Notes under the pieces: model-generated
Databases searched by the model: none
Seen by the model: the letters and a program-made list of their open reading frames with translations, nothing else
What the model was told of the DNA's origin: nothing
Shown here: piece after piece, positions 24,573 to 37,135 of the stretch
Layout: each line of letters opens with the position of its first letter
Position numbering within the stretch: position 1 is the first letter of the stretch
Position numbers and translations under genes: made by a program
NCBI RefSeq assembly: GCF_027921745.1
Contig: NC_079238.1
Coordinates: forward strand, 4,030,001 to 4,094,000
Source of the DNA: Schizosaccharomyces osmophilus
Taxonomy: Eukaryota
Direction of reading: 5' to 3'
DNA: 64,000 bases

Positions 24573-27500
24573 TTACCTTCCTTTCTTCTGCTTGGATATT
24601 CTCCATTCGTCTGCTTTTTCAAATCGATTGAATAGAGGCACAACTTTCGTTCCCTTCTTCGACTTGGAAATCTGGTTTGGATTCGCAAATTTAAAAAATG
24701 TCGGTGCCACCTCCACCAGCCATCGTGGATGAATCGTGCTTACCGTGTGCATATACTCCTTCGTCGTCTGAATTAATTCATGGTAAATTACCCATTCCGC
24801 AGGTTTTCCGAATAACACACTACTGGGATGCATATACACTTGTGCATTCTCCACCGTCGTTCGATAACATCCTTCATGTGAGTCTCTCTTTGCTACATTC
24901 GTAAAATGTCCAGAACACAATGCACGCAAAATTAATTCCCGGTTTCGACCACATGATATTACGGGCTGGTGATAACGGTCCATTAAACTTAGTAACTGTT
25001 TACGCACATCTTCTACCCTTCGAAGCCCCCGTGCTTGAATATAATGCTCATAACACCAATTGTCAGAACACCTGTTGGTTTTCCATGCCGTATACACATT
25101 CAGTAGGGTCAAATGATCACTTTCTGGATTCGAGAATTGCGCACGGTGCTTATCCGCCTCTTGCTGCTTCTCTCTTGGTCGACTCCAGATGTTGGGAGCA
25201 CTCAACATGGCTATAATCGTCAAAATCTCTTCAGAACATCCAAGTTCAACACTCGTAATCAAAACCTTTGATAATTGTGGCTCCATAGGAAAGTCCGCCA
25301 TCTTCCTTCCCAATGGCGTTAACAATCCTTCGTCGTCCAGTGCCGATAATGCATATAGATTTTGTAATGCGGCAATCATCGTTTGCGCTGGCGGTGGATC
25401 CATAAAGTCAAAGTTCAGCAAATCATTGATTCCCATAGCCTTCAACATAAGGATGGTATAAGAAAGATTTTGACGTTGGATCTCAGGAATCGGACTCGGT
25501 AACATCTCATTCTGGAAGGCATTTTCTGTATACAACCGGTAGCACTTTCCTGGCCCTGTACGGCCTGCACGTCCACTTCTTTGTCTTGCTTGTGCTTGTG
25601 AAATCGGCGTAACGACCAGAGAATCCATACCTAATTTGGGATCAAAACAACTCTGCTTCACAAAACCAGGATCGACTACATAGTAAATTCCATCAATCGT
25701 CAAACTAGTTTCTGCAATATTTGTAGCAATAACTACCTTTCTTCCTCCCGGTGGAGCAGGTTCAAAAATACGACTTTGTACCTCCGAAGGGAGCGCGGAA
25801 TATACTGGCAGAATTACTAAATCAGGTACAGAATCCCCCAGCATCTTTGTCCTTTCATGAAGAATTTCACAACTCGTATCAATTTCCTCTTGTCCTGTCA
25901 AAAATACTAAAATGTCACCTGGACCTTCAGTTAAATGTATTTGCATTATCGTAAGTAATGCTGCATCAAGATAGTCACTTTCTGGTTGCTTGGCATATAA
26001 TACTTCAACAGGATAAGATCGTCCAGGAATTGTAAATATAGGGCATTTATGGAAATACGAGGAAAACCGTTCTGCATCTAACGTGGCAGACGTAACAATT
26101 AATTTCAAATCACTTCTCCTCGTTACTGTATGCTTCAGTAAGCCAAACAAAACGTCAGTAGATACAGTTCTTTCATGTGCTTCATCGAGAATGATAACAG
26201 AATATTTTCTTAAGAGTGGATCAACCAAGCATTCGCGCTGAAGCATACCATCTGTCATGTATTTAATTCGAGTCATCCTACTTGTCTTATCTTCGAAACG
26301 AATGGTATAACCGACTTCTTCTCCAACCCGGCATCCAACTTCTTCAGCAACGCGCTTCGCAACTGACATAGCAGCTACACGTCTTGGCTGAGTACAACCG
26401 ACTATTTTTCTATTATCCGTATAACCTCCTTCGGCTAAATATTGAGTAATTTGCGTGGTTTTACCGGAACCCGTTTCACCTAACAGAACAAGGACTTGAT
26501 TTTTGAAAACAGCTTCTAAAAACGCCTTTCGAAGTTTGAAGACAGGGAGATTCTCTCTCTGCTCTTTCATGCTTAAAGTCGTCTTCCTCCCGTACGATAC
26601 ATCTGGACCCTTTACGGATTGCTGTCGCCAATTGGGCATTTGAGTAGTCATTTGTTGAGTTGCTGAACTGCGTATCTCCTGAGCAAATTTTTTGTCTTCT
26701 GGTCGGGCCATTGTATCATTCCATACTAACGATAGATCCTGTTTTTCTAGCTCTTTTTCGCTTTGCATACGTGCTTCTTTTTGACGCATTTCTCGACGAT
26801 CACTAGCTAGTACTTGTCCTTGCATTGCAGCTCGAGATAAAGACCCATCGGGTGCTTTTACAACTTTTATAGGAGAAAGCTTAAGGGAGAGTTTTGTTTG
26901 ACCAGCAAGGAACCTAGGTTCTTCATCACGTAATTCAATTTCGAAATCTTCATCATCTTCTGGCTTCAATTCAGGGTTATTAAATGTAGTCAGTTCCTCT
27001 TGGAACCCAGGAATACTTGATGATGAAATTGCTCCTGAAGCAGCCAGCTGTTGCAGTTCCCAAATCTCAGGAGAAGTCAGTCTCTTTCTTCCATTATTTT
27101 TACCGACGTCGAAGAAATCAGTTGTCTGAACATTTTTTTCATCTGCGTTCAAACCAACAGAATTAGCACCGGTGCCACGATAAATAACATTGTCTTCTGT
27201 TTTGGGCTTCAAGTCCTCTCCAGTAATCTGATCAACCTCTTTCATCGAGAGACCTATTCTTTTGCTAGCTTCATCTACTCGATTAACCTTAACCAAAACA
27301 GGTTGCCCATATGCAACAACTTCAGAGGGATGCTCAACACGCCGACCACTCATCAGGTTGGATATATGGACCAAACCATCCGTTCTTTGGGAAAAGCCAT
27401 CCAATGTCACAAAGGCACCAAATTCCTTTATACCAGAAACAATACCAGGGTATATTTCATTTAATTGTGGAAACCCATTAAACGCATTAGTTTTTTGACG

Positions 27501-28153
27501 CCGATAAGTAGAACTACTATCGCGCGAACGAGTAGGTACATACCGGTCTGCAGGATGTCTATCACCATTACGAGAAGAACGAGGGGGACTTCTCGACCTC
27601 TCTCTGTAAAAAATATCCCGAGTACTATCCGGCCTTCTTGAACGCGAAGAGCTGGACAACCGATCTAACTCATTCATGGTATCATTCATTAAATCACTGT
27701 CTTGATTAGAATTTTCGAGATTTCTATGATCGGGAATGCTTAAACCAGGAAACAACTCCCGCTTTCGATCCGCATTATCGCTTTCAGGCGTTAGATTAGG
27801 CACCGCGGTTTTGTTTTTACCAACAGAATCCTGATCACCTAGGATTTTCGCTTTCAATTTTGGATGTAATTCGCGAATTAATCTGGCGACATTTTGTAGA
27901 AAGGACTCTGCAAAATCTCCTCCTGATGCTTGAACATTTTCCTTGAATTCATCAAAAGTTTTGGATTGTTCATATAAGTTTATTACAAACTCAGATAGAG
28001 TTTTATCATCAATCCCTAATGATATTAGCAGAATTCTTGTAAAGAACCTAAGCTTTCTTTGGCAATGGCTTAAAACATACCAGTATGATTTTTTATTTCA
28101 GAGGCGACCTTTGAAACGAGGGACAAGTACTCCAATTCCTCTAAATCATCCAT
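24573..28153 (-). CDS. prp22: DEAH-box splicing helicase Prp22; intron 28080-28016
   Basis: MDDLEELEYLSLVSKVASEI start, S1 domain, GETGSGKTTQ, DEAH, SAT, QRSGRAGR. Confidence 0.96.
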
Positions 28154-28802
28154 TTGCTCAATTAGTAATATTAAGGTAAAACTTGGAATTAATAAAACGA
28201 AGGAAAATGGTATAACATCTAGGCGTTATAAATGTGTAAATAGAGGAGTCTTCAAATGCATCAATTTCCGTACAGGCGATTCGCTTGCTGGCTCTCGTTA
28301 TACTGATATAATGTAAAGTAGCGAGATTAAAGAGGCAGTCAACTCATGAATTAACATGAAGTGGATTGGAAGAAAGCATTTCGACCGTTTCATTAATGAA
28401 TATTCATTCATGAGCTTAAATTTGTGTAAAATCGAATATTTTAATTATGATACATTTGGGTTGCTCTGATATTGTTACTGAAGTTCTTAAAATGTTTTTC
28501 ATGCAAGGTTATTAATTTGCAAAACACGTCCTTGAATTGAATCTACCAGATCTTACTATTCTGAAATCTTTCAGAACATGCCTTAATTAGTAATAAATAG
28601 TATTGTGTATGTGTCCATTCTATGTGACACAATATTAAACAGTTGAAAGTTGAAATCAAGTGTATTATTAAAACAAACCAAAGTGTTAACCAAGTACCAA
28701 AACCAAAACCTTTAGTAAATTATAAAGTGAGTGACAACATTAATATATGAGCCAATCCATCTCTTTTCTCCGAGAAAAACTGAAGTGTACAATTTAAACT
28801 AC

Positions 28803-30811
28803 TTAATCGGTAGAAACAATAGTAGCTTGGTTGGTAATTTCTACAGATTCAGATGAATCAGCAAGAGCCGATTCAGCATTAAAGTGAGAAACATCAGTCC
28901 ATTCCACAGGTTCTCCGGAGCTAATGAACTCATCAAGTAAACCAGCACTCGCGGCAACTAATCCAAAAATGGGAGTGGATGGTCTGAGAGGCTTGGAAAG
29001 ATATTCGGGGTGATATTGCACACCAACGAAGTAAGGATGATCCCGCTTCTCAATAATTTCCATACGTTCAGCCTTCTCATCTTTACCGACAAAAGTAAGA
29101 CCCTTCTGCTCCAATAGTTCAACATACTTGGGGTTAACCTCATAACGATGACGATGACGCTCCAAGACTTCTTTCGAATTGTTGTGAAGCTTACGGAGTT
29201 TACTCCATTCGCTATTGGACTGAAAAATAGTAGGGCGCAAGCCTAATCGCATGGTACCACCCAACTTATCTTTATTGATTTCAGGCATGTAAACGATGAC
29301 ATGTTTGTCAGATTGAGGTTCAAACTCTTCAGAGGTAGCATCTAAAAAAATTGTTAGTTAAAAGAACTCAGGAAAATAAATCCCATTATCTCCCCATTTA
29401 TTGCCTTTTTAACTTTAATATAGCACCTGTCTACAGTTAAAATCAATGGGAAATGATAATAACCTCTAGTAGGTGCATGTTCGCCGAATACAGCTAAAAA
29501 GGCAATAAAACAAAGGAAAATTTGGAATTTAAGTATTTGTAACTTACATTCAACTCCACAAACATGACGAGCAAATTCAATCACGGCAACTTGAAGACCG
29601 AGACAAATACCCAAATAAGGAGTGTTGTTTTCACGTGCCCATTGAGCGGCAGCAATCATTCCTTCTATACCACGGGAACCAAATCCACCGGGAACCAAAA
29701 TACCGTTTGCAGAGCACACCAAGTGCCAAGCTTTGTGATAGCTAAGAGGATCAGTCTCGTTCATACTGGCCTCTAAATGGGAAGCCTCAACCCATTGTAA
29801 ATCAAGCTTGCGACCACAACGCATAGCAGAGTGTTCCAAAGCCTTAATAACGGAAATGTAGGAATCCTTGAGATGTGTGTACTTGCCAACAAGAACAATG
29901 GTAACCTTCTGGAAAAGACGGTCATGACCGGAAGTTAGAAGTTTCCAAGAGTTCCACATCACTGAACCGGCGTTCACATGGTTGGAACCGATAGGAATCT
30001 GATCCAATTTAAAGCGCATCTTAAGAAAATCTAATAACTTGTTTTCGAGGAGTTGAGGAACATGATAAGTACTAGAAACATCATGAACAGCCAAAACTTG
30101 TTCAGGACCAACATGACAGAAAAGAGAAATCTTATCAATAACACTTTCCTCAAGGGGTAGCTTACAGCGACAGGCAATTAAATCAGGCATGATACCTAGA
30201 CTACGAAGATCTCTAATTGCTTGTTGAGTGGGCTTCGTTTTTTGTTCACCATTAATAACGGGAACAAGAGATACGTGGATAGACACAAAATTGTCACGTC
30301 CAACACGGAATTGAAATTGACGCATAGCTTCAACAAAAGCAGCGGATTCAATATCGCCAACCGTACCACCGAGCTCGACAATACAAACATCTGGTTCTTC
30401 ACCGCTTTGATCAACCGGCACACGAGCAACACGTTCAATCCATTCTTGAATTTCGTTCGTGACATGGGGAACAATTTGTACAGTTTTGCCAAGATAATCA
30501 CCACGGCGTTCTTTCTCAATAACTTTTGAGTAAACCTTACCGGTGGTAATGTTATTATCATGAGTTAATGTAACGTTCAAATAACGCTCATAATTTCCCA
30601 AATCCAAATCAACTTCACCACCATCATTCAAAACAAAAACTTCTCCGTGTTCCAGTGGTGACATGGTGCCAGCATCAATGTTCATATAAGGATCGATTTT
30701 AATACTGGTAACTTTTAATCCCAAGGTTTTTAGCAGTAAACCAGTGGAAGAGGCAATCACACCTTTTCCAATACCGCTAATAACACCTCCGGATACTAGT
30801 ACATATTTCAT
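28803..30811 (-). CDS. cts1: CTP synthase; single intron 29547-29342 (206 nt)
   Basis: [60 protein letters not shown] intron gives in-frame CGVE|YATSEEF. Confidence 0.97.
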
Positions 30812-31089
30812 CTTGATATCCCCTTTTGTTTGCTCCAAAGTTGGTGGTACGTGGAGGAGAGAAAAAGAATGTCAGTCATGGTCCTTATGAAGGCAGGGTG
30901 AAAATTTTTTTATTATGCAAAATCCTAGCAATATTGGTATTATTTTATTCCATTTCCTTTATAAATTTAGAATTTTTTTGTTAAAAAATTAATAGCGTCG
31001 CGCATTTTCTGTAATGACAGTGCTTGGTATAAGAGTCACATCAGCATACCACCAAGAATGGTTAATGAACAGAATAAACAATATTTGCG

Positions 31090-32157
31090 ATGTTATACTC
31101 TCTTGGGTCTAATGGAAGTTATCAACTAGGATTAGAACATGATGAAGACATATCGAAACCAGAAAAGGTGAATTTTCCTGAGCAACCAAAGAAGATTGCA
31201 TGTGGAGGAAACCACACATTAATACTTGATCAACATGGTCAACTCTGGGCTTGTGGAGATAACAGGATGCTACAGTGCTGCCAGAATTTTGATAATATCA
31301 CTTTAGATGGGTCCATCAACCGCTTAAAACCGATTGAATCAAGTTATATTCATGAATTTCACATTGCTAACAGAAAGTATTGGTCCATGGTAGCCGTTGG
31401 ATGGGAGTATAGTGTCTTGGTGGAAAAAGACAGAAGGACTGTTTGGACATGTGGTTCTGGTCCACAGGGAGAGCTTGGTCAGGGAGAAGTTCGAGCATCG
31501 TCTCTAACAAAGATCATGATTCCTTACCTTGATCAAAATGAAATAATCATAGACATCTCTTCAAGTGTAAAACACTGGGTCTGCATCACAAACCAGGGTA
31601 ACGTTTATGGCTGTGGAGATGGACGCAAGGGTCAATTAGGACCAGTCGTTTCAAAGATGACCAACAGAGTTCAGTTTTTGGCTCAGATAGAACATGCTAA
31701 CAAGGTTTGTTGTGGACTTCAGTTTTCTGCATTCCTCCAGGAAACAGGCCGAGTAAGTATATTAGGAGGTGATCGTTGGAAGCTTTCTGAAGAATGCATT
31801 CGATGGCAGAATAACAATCCCAATATTTCATCCCTTATAATAGATATATCTTCAAATTGGTCTACACTGTCTTTGTTAGATTTCAATGGAAGGATATATG
31901 CATTTGGCAGAGGAGATCGTGCCCAAAAAGCACATACTGTACAGAACGATGCACTAGCAATTGCTGGTGGTAGCGAACACAATATTGTGCTAATGAAAAA
32001 CATGGAAGCATATATTTATGGATGGAATGAACACGGAAATGCATTTAATGAAGATCGTCAAGACGTTTACCAAGCTAAAAACCTGGGATTACCAGGAATG
32101 GTTACCTATGTAGCAGCAGGATATGCAACGACATGGATAGTAACAGAAAACAAGTAG
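31090..32157 (+). CDS. ats1: RCC1-repeat protein Ats1/Kti13
   Basis: GSNGSYQLG, IACGGNHT, YGCGDGRKGQLG, YGWNEHGN repeats. Confidence 0.88.
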   Translation: MLYSLGSNGSYQLGLEHDEDISKPEKVNFPEQPKKIACGGNHTLILDQHGQLWACGDNRMLQCCQNFDNITLDGSINRLKPIESSYIHEFHIANRKYWSMVAVGWEYSVLVEKDRRTVWTCGSGPQGELGQGEVRASSLTKIMIPYLDQNEIIIDISSSVKHWVCITNQGNVYGCGDGRKGQLGPVVSKMTNRVQFLAQIEHANKVCCGLQFSAFLQETGRVSILGGDRWKLSEECIRWQNNNPNISSLIIDISSNWSTLSLLDFNGRIYAFGRGDRAQKAHTVQNDALAIAGGSEHNIVLMKNMEAYIYGWNEHGNAFNEDRQDVYQAKNLGLPGMVTYVAAGYATTWIVTENK

Positions 32158-32323
32158 AAAACGCGTTGGAATGAAGAAACATTGAGGTGGCACACTAGTA
32201 AAATAAAAAAGTTAGATGAAAGTATAACTGAACAGCATGTGAAATAGAAATGAATCTCCTTATGAATGATATAACGCCTATGGTTTACCAAATTTTTTTA
32301 TACCGTATTGATTTAGATATATG

Positions 32324-32326
<3 letters not shown>

Positions 32327-32369
<43 letters not shown>
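32327..32369 (+). repeat. Poly(T) tract, 43 nt
   Basis: Uninterrupted T run between convergent ats1 and ubc6 3' ends. Confidence 0.9.
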
Positions 32370-32373
<4 letters not shown>

Positions 32374-32474
32374 AAAGGGCAAAAAACCAAATCTAATTTA
32401 AATTGAAGGATGGAAAGATAGAATTAGGATAAACAGTAAATGACAATGATAACTCAAACAACGCCAAGAATGGC

Positions 32475-33248
32475 TTAGGCTTCTGATCCAAGAAAGCGAG
32501 CTAATGCTAGTGCAAGGAATACCACGACGACAACACCCCAATGACTTTTGAACCAGTTTCCTTCTTTACTTTTCGATGCATTCGAGTTTTCCTTCGGCGA
32601 ATTGGAATTTGATTTTTGAGCAGCTGCTTCGGCATTTGCCTTTGCATTTGTGGCAGCTTGTTCCATAATGTCTCGCCGATTTTGTTCTAAAAGTTCCGGA
32701 AATACGGCAACAAACTTTGGATTATTCATCAAATTGAAGCGTTTTGTATCCTTTGCATAAGCTTTTCTTGTGGATTCAGGTGTAACAATGCCACCTGTAG
32801 TTATTTCATCAGAGGTCATAAATGAGACGAGGCCAACAAGAATCGTTGAAACCATCCATGCAGGATTCCAAGACTTTGGATGAAAGTCAGAAAATGATAG
32901 ACATAAACGAGTGTTGGTTTGGAACCGGCCACTGGGTGTAATCATCCGTATTGCTGGAGGCTTAAAAGGGTATTCTGAAGGAAATATAAGGGTCCCTGGA
33001 TATAAATGTTAGCGCTAATGAAAAAGAAAGCAATAATTCGAACCATGATATTGGCCACCTTCATATGGCGTATCTGGAGGACCCGTAACGATATAGTGCC
33101 ATTCCAAAATGTTTTCTGGTGCTGGTCTGGCGTCAATATACTCTACAGGATTCCTTTGAAGCGCTAAATATTCTTTCATTAACTAAATTTGTTATTATAA
33201 CTTCTTTCTTATGTCTTATACCCTCTTATAGGCAGCTTTCGATGCCAT
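32475..33248 (-). CDS. ubc6: ER tail-anchored ubiquitin-conjugating enzyme Ubc6; introns 33221-33183 and 33043-32996
   Basis: MASKAAYKR|LMKEY, ENILEWHYI, TPSGRF..NTRLCLSFSDFHP, C-terminal TM helix. Confidence 0.94.
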
Positions 33249-34085
33249 TTTTTCGTATATGAGTTGGTAATTGGAAGGAAGCCGCCTACAAAACTAATGC
33301 ACTTATGTATACGAGTAGAAAGAATATGTTAGCAATTAGGGAAATAGCTTAAAGTAGAAGCGTTTAGGTGATCTTTTTTATTCTTTTCTTTTGTTTCGTT
33401 TCTTTTTCATTTTATTATTTTATTTCGAATGCTAATGATGGATATTAAACGCTCCTGTCCATCCAAGACCCTGCTGAAAGCCGTCGAACGGTAAGTTTTT
33501 TCTTCTCCTATAAGCCTGTTATGGACTTCGACGTTTGAAGGGTTCATATACTCCAACCTAGCATGCCTTCGCTAATAATCCATCTTATAATCACCCCAAA
33601 TTTCATGAACAAGGGACTTTGTCACGTTGAAGCCATATCAAACATTACACATCTCCTTATGAAGCTTTACTTCTGGAAAATGGACATCTTTTCACCTGAG
33701 TTTCTGTTCATGAAGGGGATTGAAAGTAGCCCAAGTGTTTAGTAGCAGCTTTCTTAAAGCTGCATTCAAAAATCTAAAATAAATAGTCTTTTTAACAATT
33801 ACTAGCAGATTTCTTACCAACTTGCTCCCTAATAACTTCAGCTACCTTTTCATTCACGACTTAATTATTGCTGATTTGTTTACTCAAATCGTATCGTATA
33901 AGCAATTTTATGATACTTGTATGGTACTATACGTTTAAGCATATCACTATACGAAGCGTATGACAAAATGAGCATAGTCAACAGTGATATTCTATTAGTT
34001 AGTTGTCGCTGATGTAATGACTTATATAAAGCCGACCTCATGCACCAACTTCGCCTTTCCCAACTAAGTATTTCAAACAATACCA

Positions 34086-34859
34086 ATGAGTAATCAAGTG
34101 ATTGTCAAGAATATCTCTTTGGAAGTTACCGAGAAGCAAATTTCGGATTTCTTTTCCTTCTGCGGAAAGGTTTCCAGCATCTCGACTTTCAAGGAAGGAG
34201 AGACTCAAACTGCTAAAATCCAGTTCGAACGCCCTAGTGCTACAAAGACTGCTTTACTTTTGCAAGATGCCCTTTTAGGACAGAACAAAATTCAAATCAG
34301 CAGTAGTGATGCTCCAGCTAGCGCTGGTAGCACCCATGACAAAGGTGGTGCTGGTGGAGACCAAGCTGCTAGCCAGGAAGATAAGCCTCGATCTGCAATT
34401 ATTTCTGAACTTTTAGGTCGTGGCTATCATTTAAGCGATGTAACTTTGGAGAAGGGTATACAGCTAGACCAAAGTCTTGGTGTTTCGTCCAAATTCAAAG
34501 GTGTTCTTGAAAGCGCGTTGTCTAGCGTTCATTCCATGAATGAGCGCTACCATGTCACAGAGAAAGCCAATGAAGTTGATAGCAAGCTTTCTATAAGTGA
34601 CACCTATAAACGCACTACTTCTCTCTTCAGTAACTACTTCAACAAGGCTTATGAAACCGCCGCCGGTACGTCAGCTGGCCAAAAGGTTCATAGCGTTTAT
34701 GATTCTGGCAAAAGCCAATTGCGAGGAATTCACAGTGAAGCTCGCAAAGTTGCTGATTCCAAGGTCCATGGGGAAGATGCTACTACTGGACATACCGAAG
34801 CGCCTGCCGCTCCTGTCGCTCCTGCCCAACCCTCTGTCGACACTAAGATTTCCGAGTAA
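34086..34859 (+). CDS. vip1: RRM protein Vip1
   Basis: N-terminal RRM (DFFSFCGKV..FERPSATKTALLL), QEDKPRSAI motif. Confidence 0.9.
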   Translation: MSNQVIVKNISLEVTEKQISDFFSFCGKVSSISTFKEGETQTAKIQFERPSATKTALLLQDALLGQNKIQISSSDAPASAGSTHDKGGAGGDQAASQEDKPRSAIISELLGRGYHLSDVTLEKGIQLDQSLGVSSKFKGVLESALSSVHSMNERYHVTEKANEVDSKLSISDTYKRTTSLFSNYFNKAYETAAGTSAGQKVHSVYDSGKSQLRGIHSEARKVADSKVHGEDATTGHTEAPAAPVAPAQPSVDTKISE

Positions 34860-36086
34860 ATAAAAACAAGCTTAAGGTCAAAGCTTTGCCTTTAAGTATT
34901 TCTCGGTTTTTTGGTCTTTATGTGATTGAATCGCTTCTCTATGGGTATGTGGTTTTTCATTTAGGTATACCGTGGATAAATTATTTTCAAAACTTGTTGA
35001 AAGTTTGCAAATTGATTATTTAATGATTGTTAAGTACCTGTGATTATATTGAAAGCTTATTTAATAATATACTCTATGTTCTGTTAGGACAAAGATTTAT
35101 GTTGAATGTTACGATAAATTAGTGGTTAGTCTAAATATAACTTTGAAAATGTGATAACGCTATTACAGAATTTTTTGTGTTATAAGTGAATTATATTGGT
35201 TTTTCAATAAATCAACGATAGCAAAGCTTCTCAGCGACTAGAAAAGTAAACCCTTAAAGTCATCATTTATAAACTCGTCAATAATTAGTAAATTGTTGTT
35301 ATTTACATTTCATAGCATGAAGTACATGAGGTTCACAATTCTTTGTTGTAGAAAACAAAGCTGCCAGGATTCCGGTTCGTAAATATATGCTGTTTATCTT
35401 CGCCAGTAGAAACATATCCATGAAGCATTTACATCAACTTCAGTAACATAGCAGCCATTGGAACATCCTTCGATTACTGTGCAATTATTCAAGCTATTAT
35501 ATCCAACCTATTTACCGCTTCTTTTACATAATTCTACTCTTTCCAAATATTTCACGTTGAAAAGTACATCATCAGCAATTTTAAGACTTACTTATTAGAG
35601 GTTCAATGCCTTAAATAGAAGTCGTTAGTCTAATAATCAACGTTCAAATCAATCAGTTTTCTGAGAAAACAAATTCAGCAAATATTCAAGAATAAGGAAA
35701 ACGGCCCAATAGATATAGTAGCCGAGCGTTCGTTTGTTCACCTGATACTGCCGATATTCATCAAATATTCTCTCACAAAACGGTGCAAGAGTTTTTTATC
35801 TATTTTTTGTAAATTCTAGAGTCTTTCAAAAGTAGGTTCTTTCAATCATTAAGCTTCCGATTGAGTCGTAATTATTGAAGGCATCCACTTGATAGTCTCA
35901 AAAATAAAAAAAAAAAAACCAGGTTTTACGCTCAAAAATATACTCAACAAAAAGGAAATCATTAAAGTAGATATTAAAAGCATATAAAACGAAGTACGGC
36001 CAAATATAACTTCGTACAATATGAAATCATCAGTCAAACACAAAAATCCATATTGCAATCTTTGAATGAATAGAAAATATTAAGAA

Positions 36087-37135
36087 TTATTTCTCTACCT
36101 TTGGCGAAGGATTGACAACAGTGAATCCACCGGTACGGACAACTTCTGTTCCGCTCGCCATTTCTGGTGCATCTCTACTTTCTTGATTTTCTTCATCAGG
36201 TGGAATAGTTTCAGGAATAGCGGGATTGTTGGATCTGTTTTCTTCTTTAACTTCTGCCTTTACGGGTGATTTTGTCGTCTTTTTTCGTTTAGGCTCTTTT
36301 TTCGCCTTTGCTTCAGCAGCGCCGTCAAAATATTTTTTCTTGTCTTCATCATTCAAAGCATTCCAAGAATCGTCAAGCATCTTTTTTAATCCTGTTCCCT
36401 TCAGTGTACTACCTTCTTCTTTTAATTTCGCTTTCTCCTGAGAGGAAAAATACATAAAAGCCATATAATGTGTGATTTTTGGAGTCGCAGGATTGGGTTT
36501 TTGATCTGCGTTTTGGGCATCTGCATTAGTTTCTGAAGCTTCTGTCTGCGTGCTATCTCTCAAATCTGCATCAAGTGAAGCAGCGTCTTTCTCAGTGTTT
36601 GTGTCAGCTCCAATGTTGGTTGCTTCCTCTAAATTTCCATCAACGTTTCCTTGGTCTTCTTGGGTTTTAACAACATTTTTTGAACTTTTAGAAGTGTCTG
36701 ACTTAGTAGAAGGTGACTTTCGTTTTTTGTTTTGTGGTTGAGTTCCTTTTGTCGATATTTTGATTTTAATTCCTTCAGGAGGAGGCTACAACAGTTAGTA
36801 AAATTGGTTTTTAAAAAAATATTTAATACCGGCGGAGATTGTCGAGACTGTTGCCCAAGTTGTTCGGCCTTTTCTTGAGATTGTTTTTCCAACTGTTCCA
36901 TTAAAAAAGCTCGCTCTAATCTTGCTCGTCGCACCGTTCGTCTAATATAATCATATTTTTTTAATAGATGCTCATTCCCTGTTTGTACTTGTACTATCCT
37001 AGCCTTGAGATCCTTGCATTTTTGTCTGTACTTAACCTCTAAAATTCGTCAAAAATACCGCCTCTATATTCCCATACGTCTCTTCTTACCTTCAGACTTC
37101 GATACGGCTGTTGTATAGGGACTATTCGCGCTCAT
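36087..37135 (-). CDS. nht1: INO80 complex HMG-box subunit Nht1/Nhp10; introns 37089-37039 and 36829-36786
   Basis: KYRQKCKDLKARI..RRARLERAFLMEQLE coiled coil, HMG-like AFMYF..W..L..KKKY, GGFTVVN tail. Confidence 0.8.

Noticed and set aside
29342..29547. cts1 intron as an intronic snoRNA or MITE
   Set aside because: No C/D or H/ACA boxes and no target-site duplication; strand-biased G-U pairs favour an RNA structure over a DNA inverted repeat
32327..32369. Poly(T) tract as a retroposed poly(A) tail
   Set aside because: No adjacent retrocopy, LTR or target-site duplication; homopolymer tracts are common in these intergenic regions
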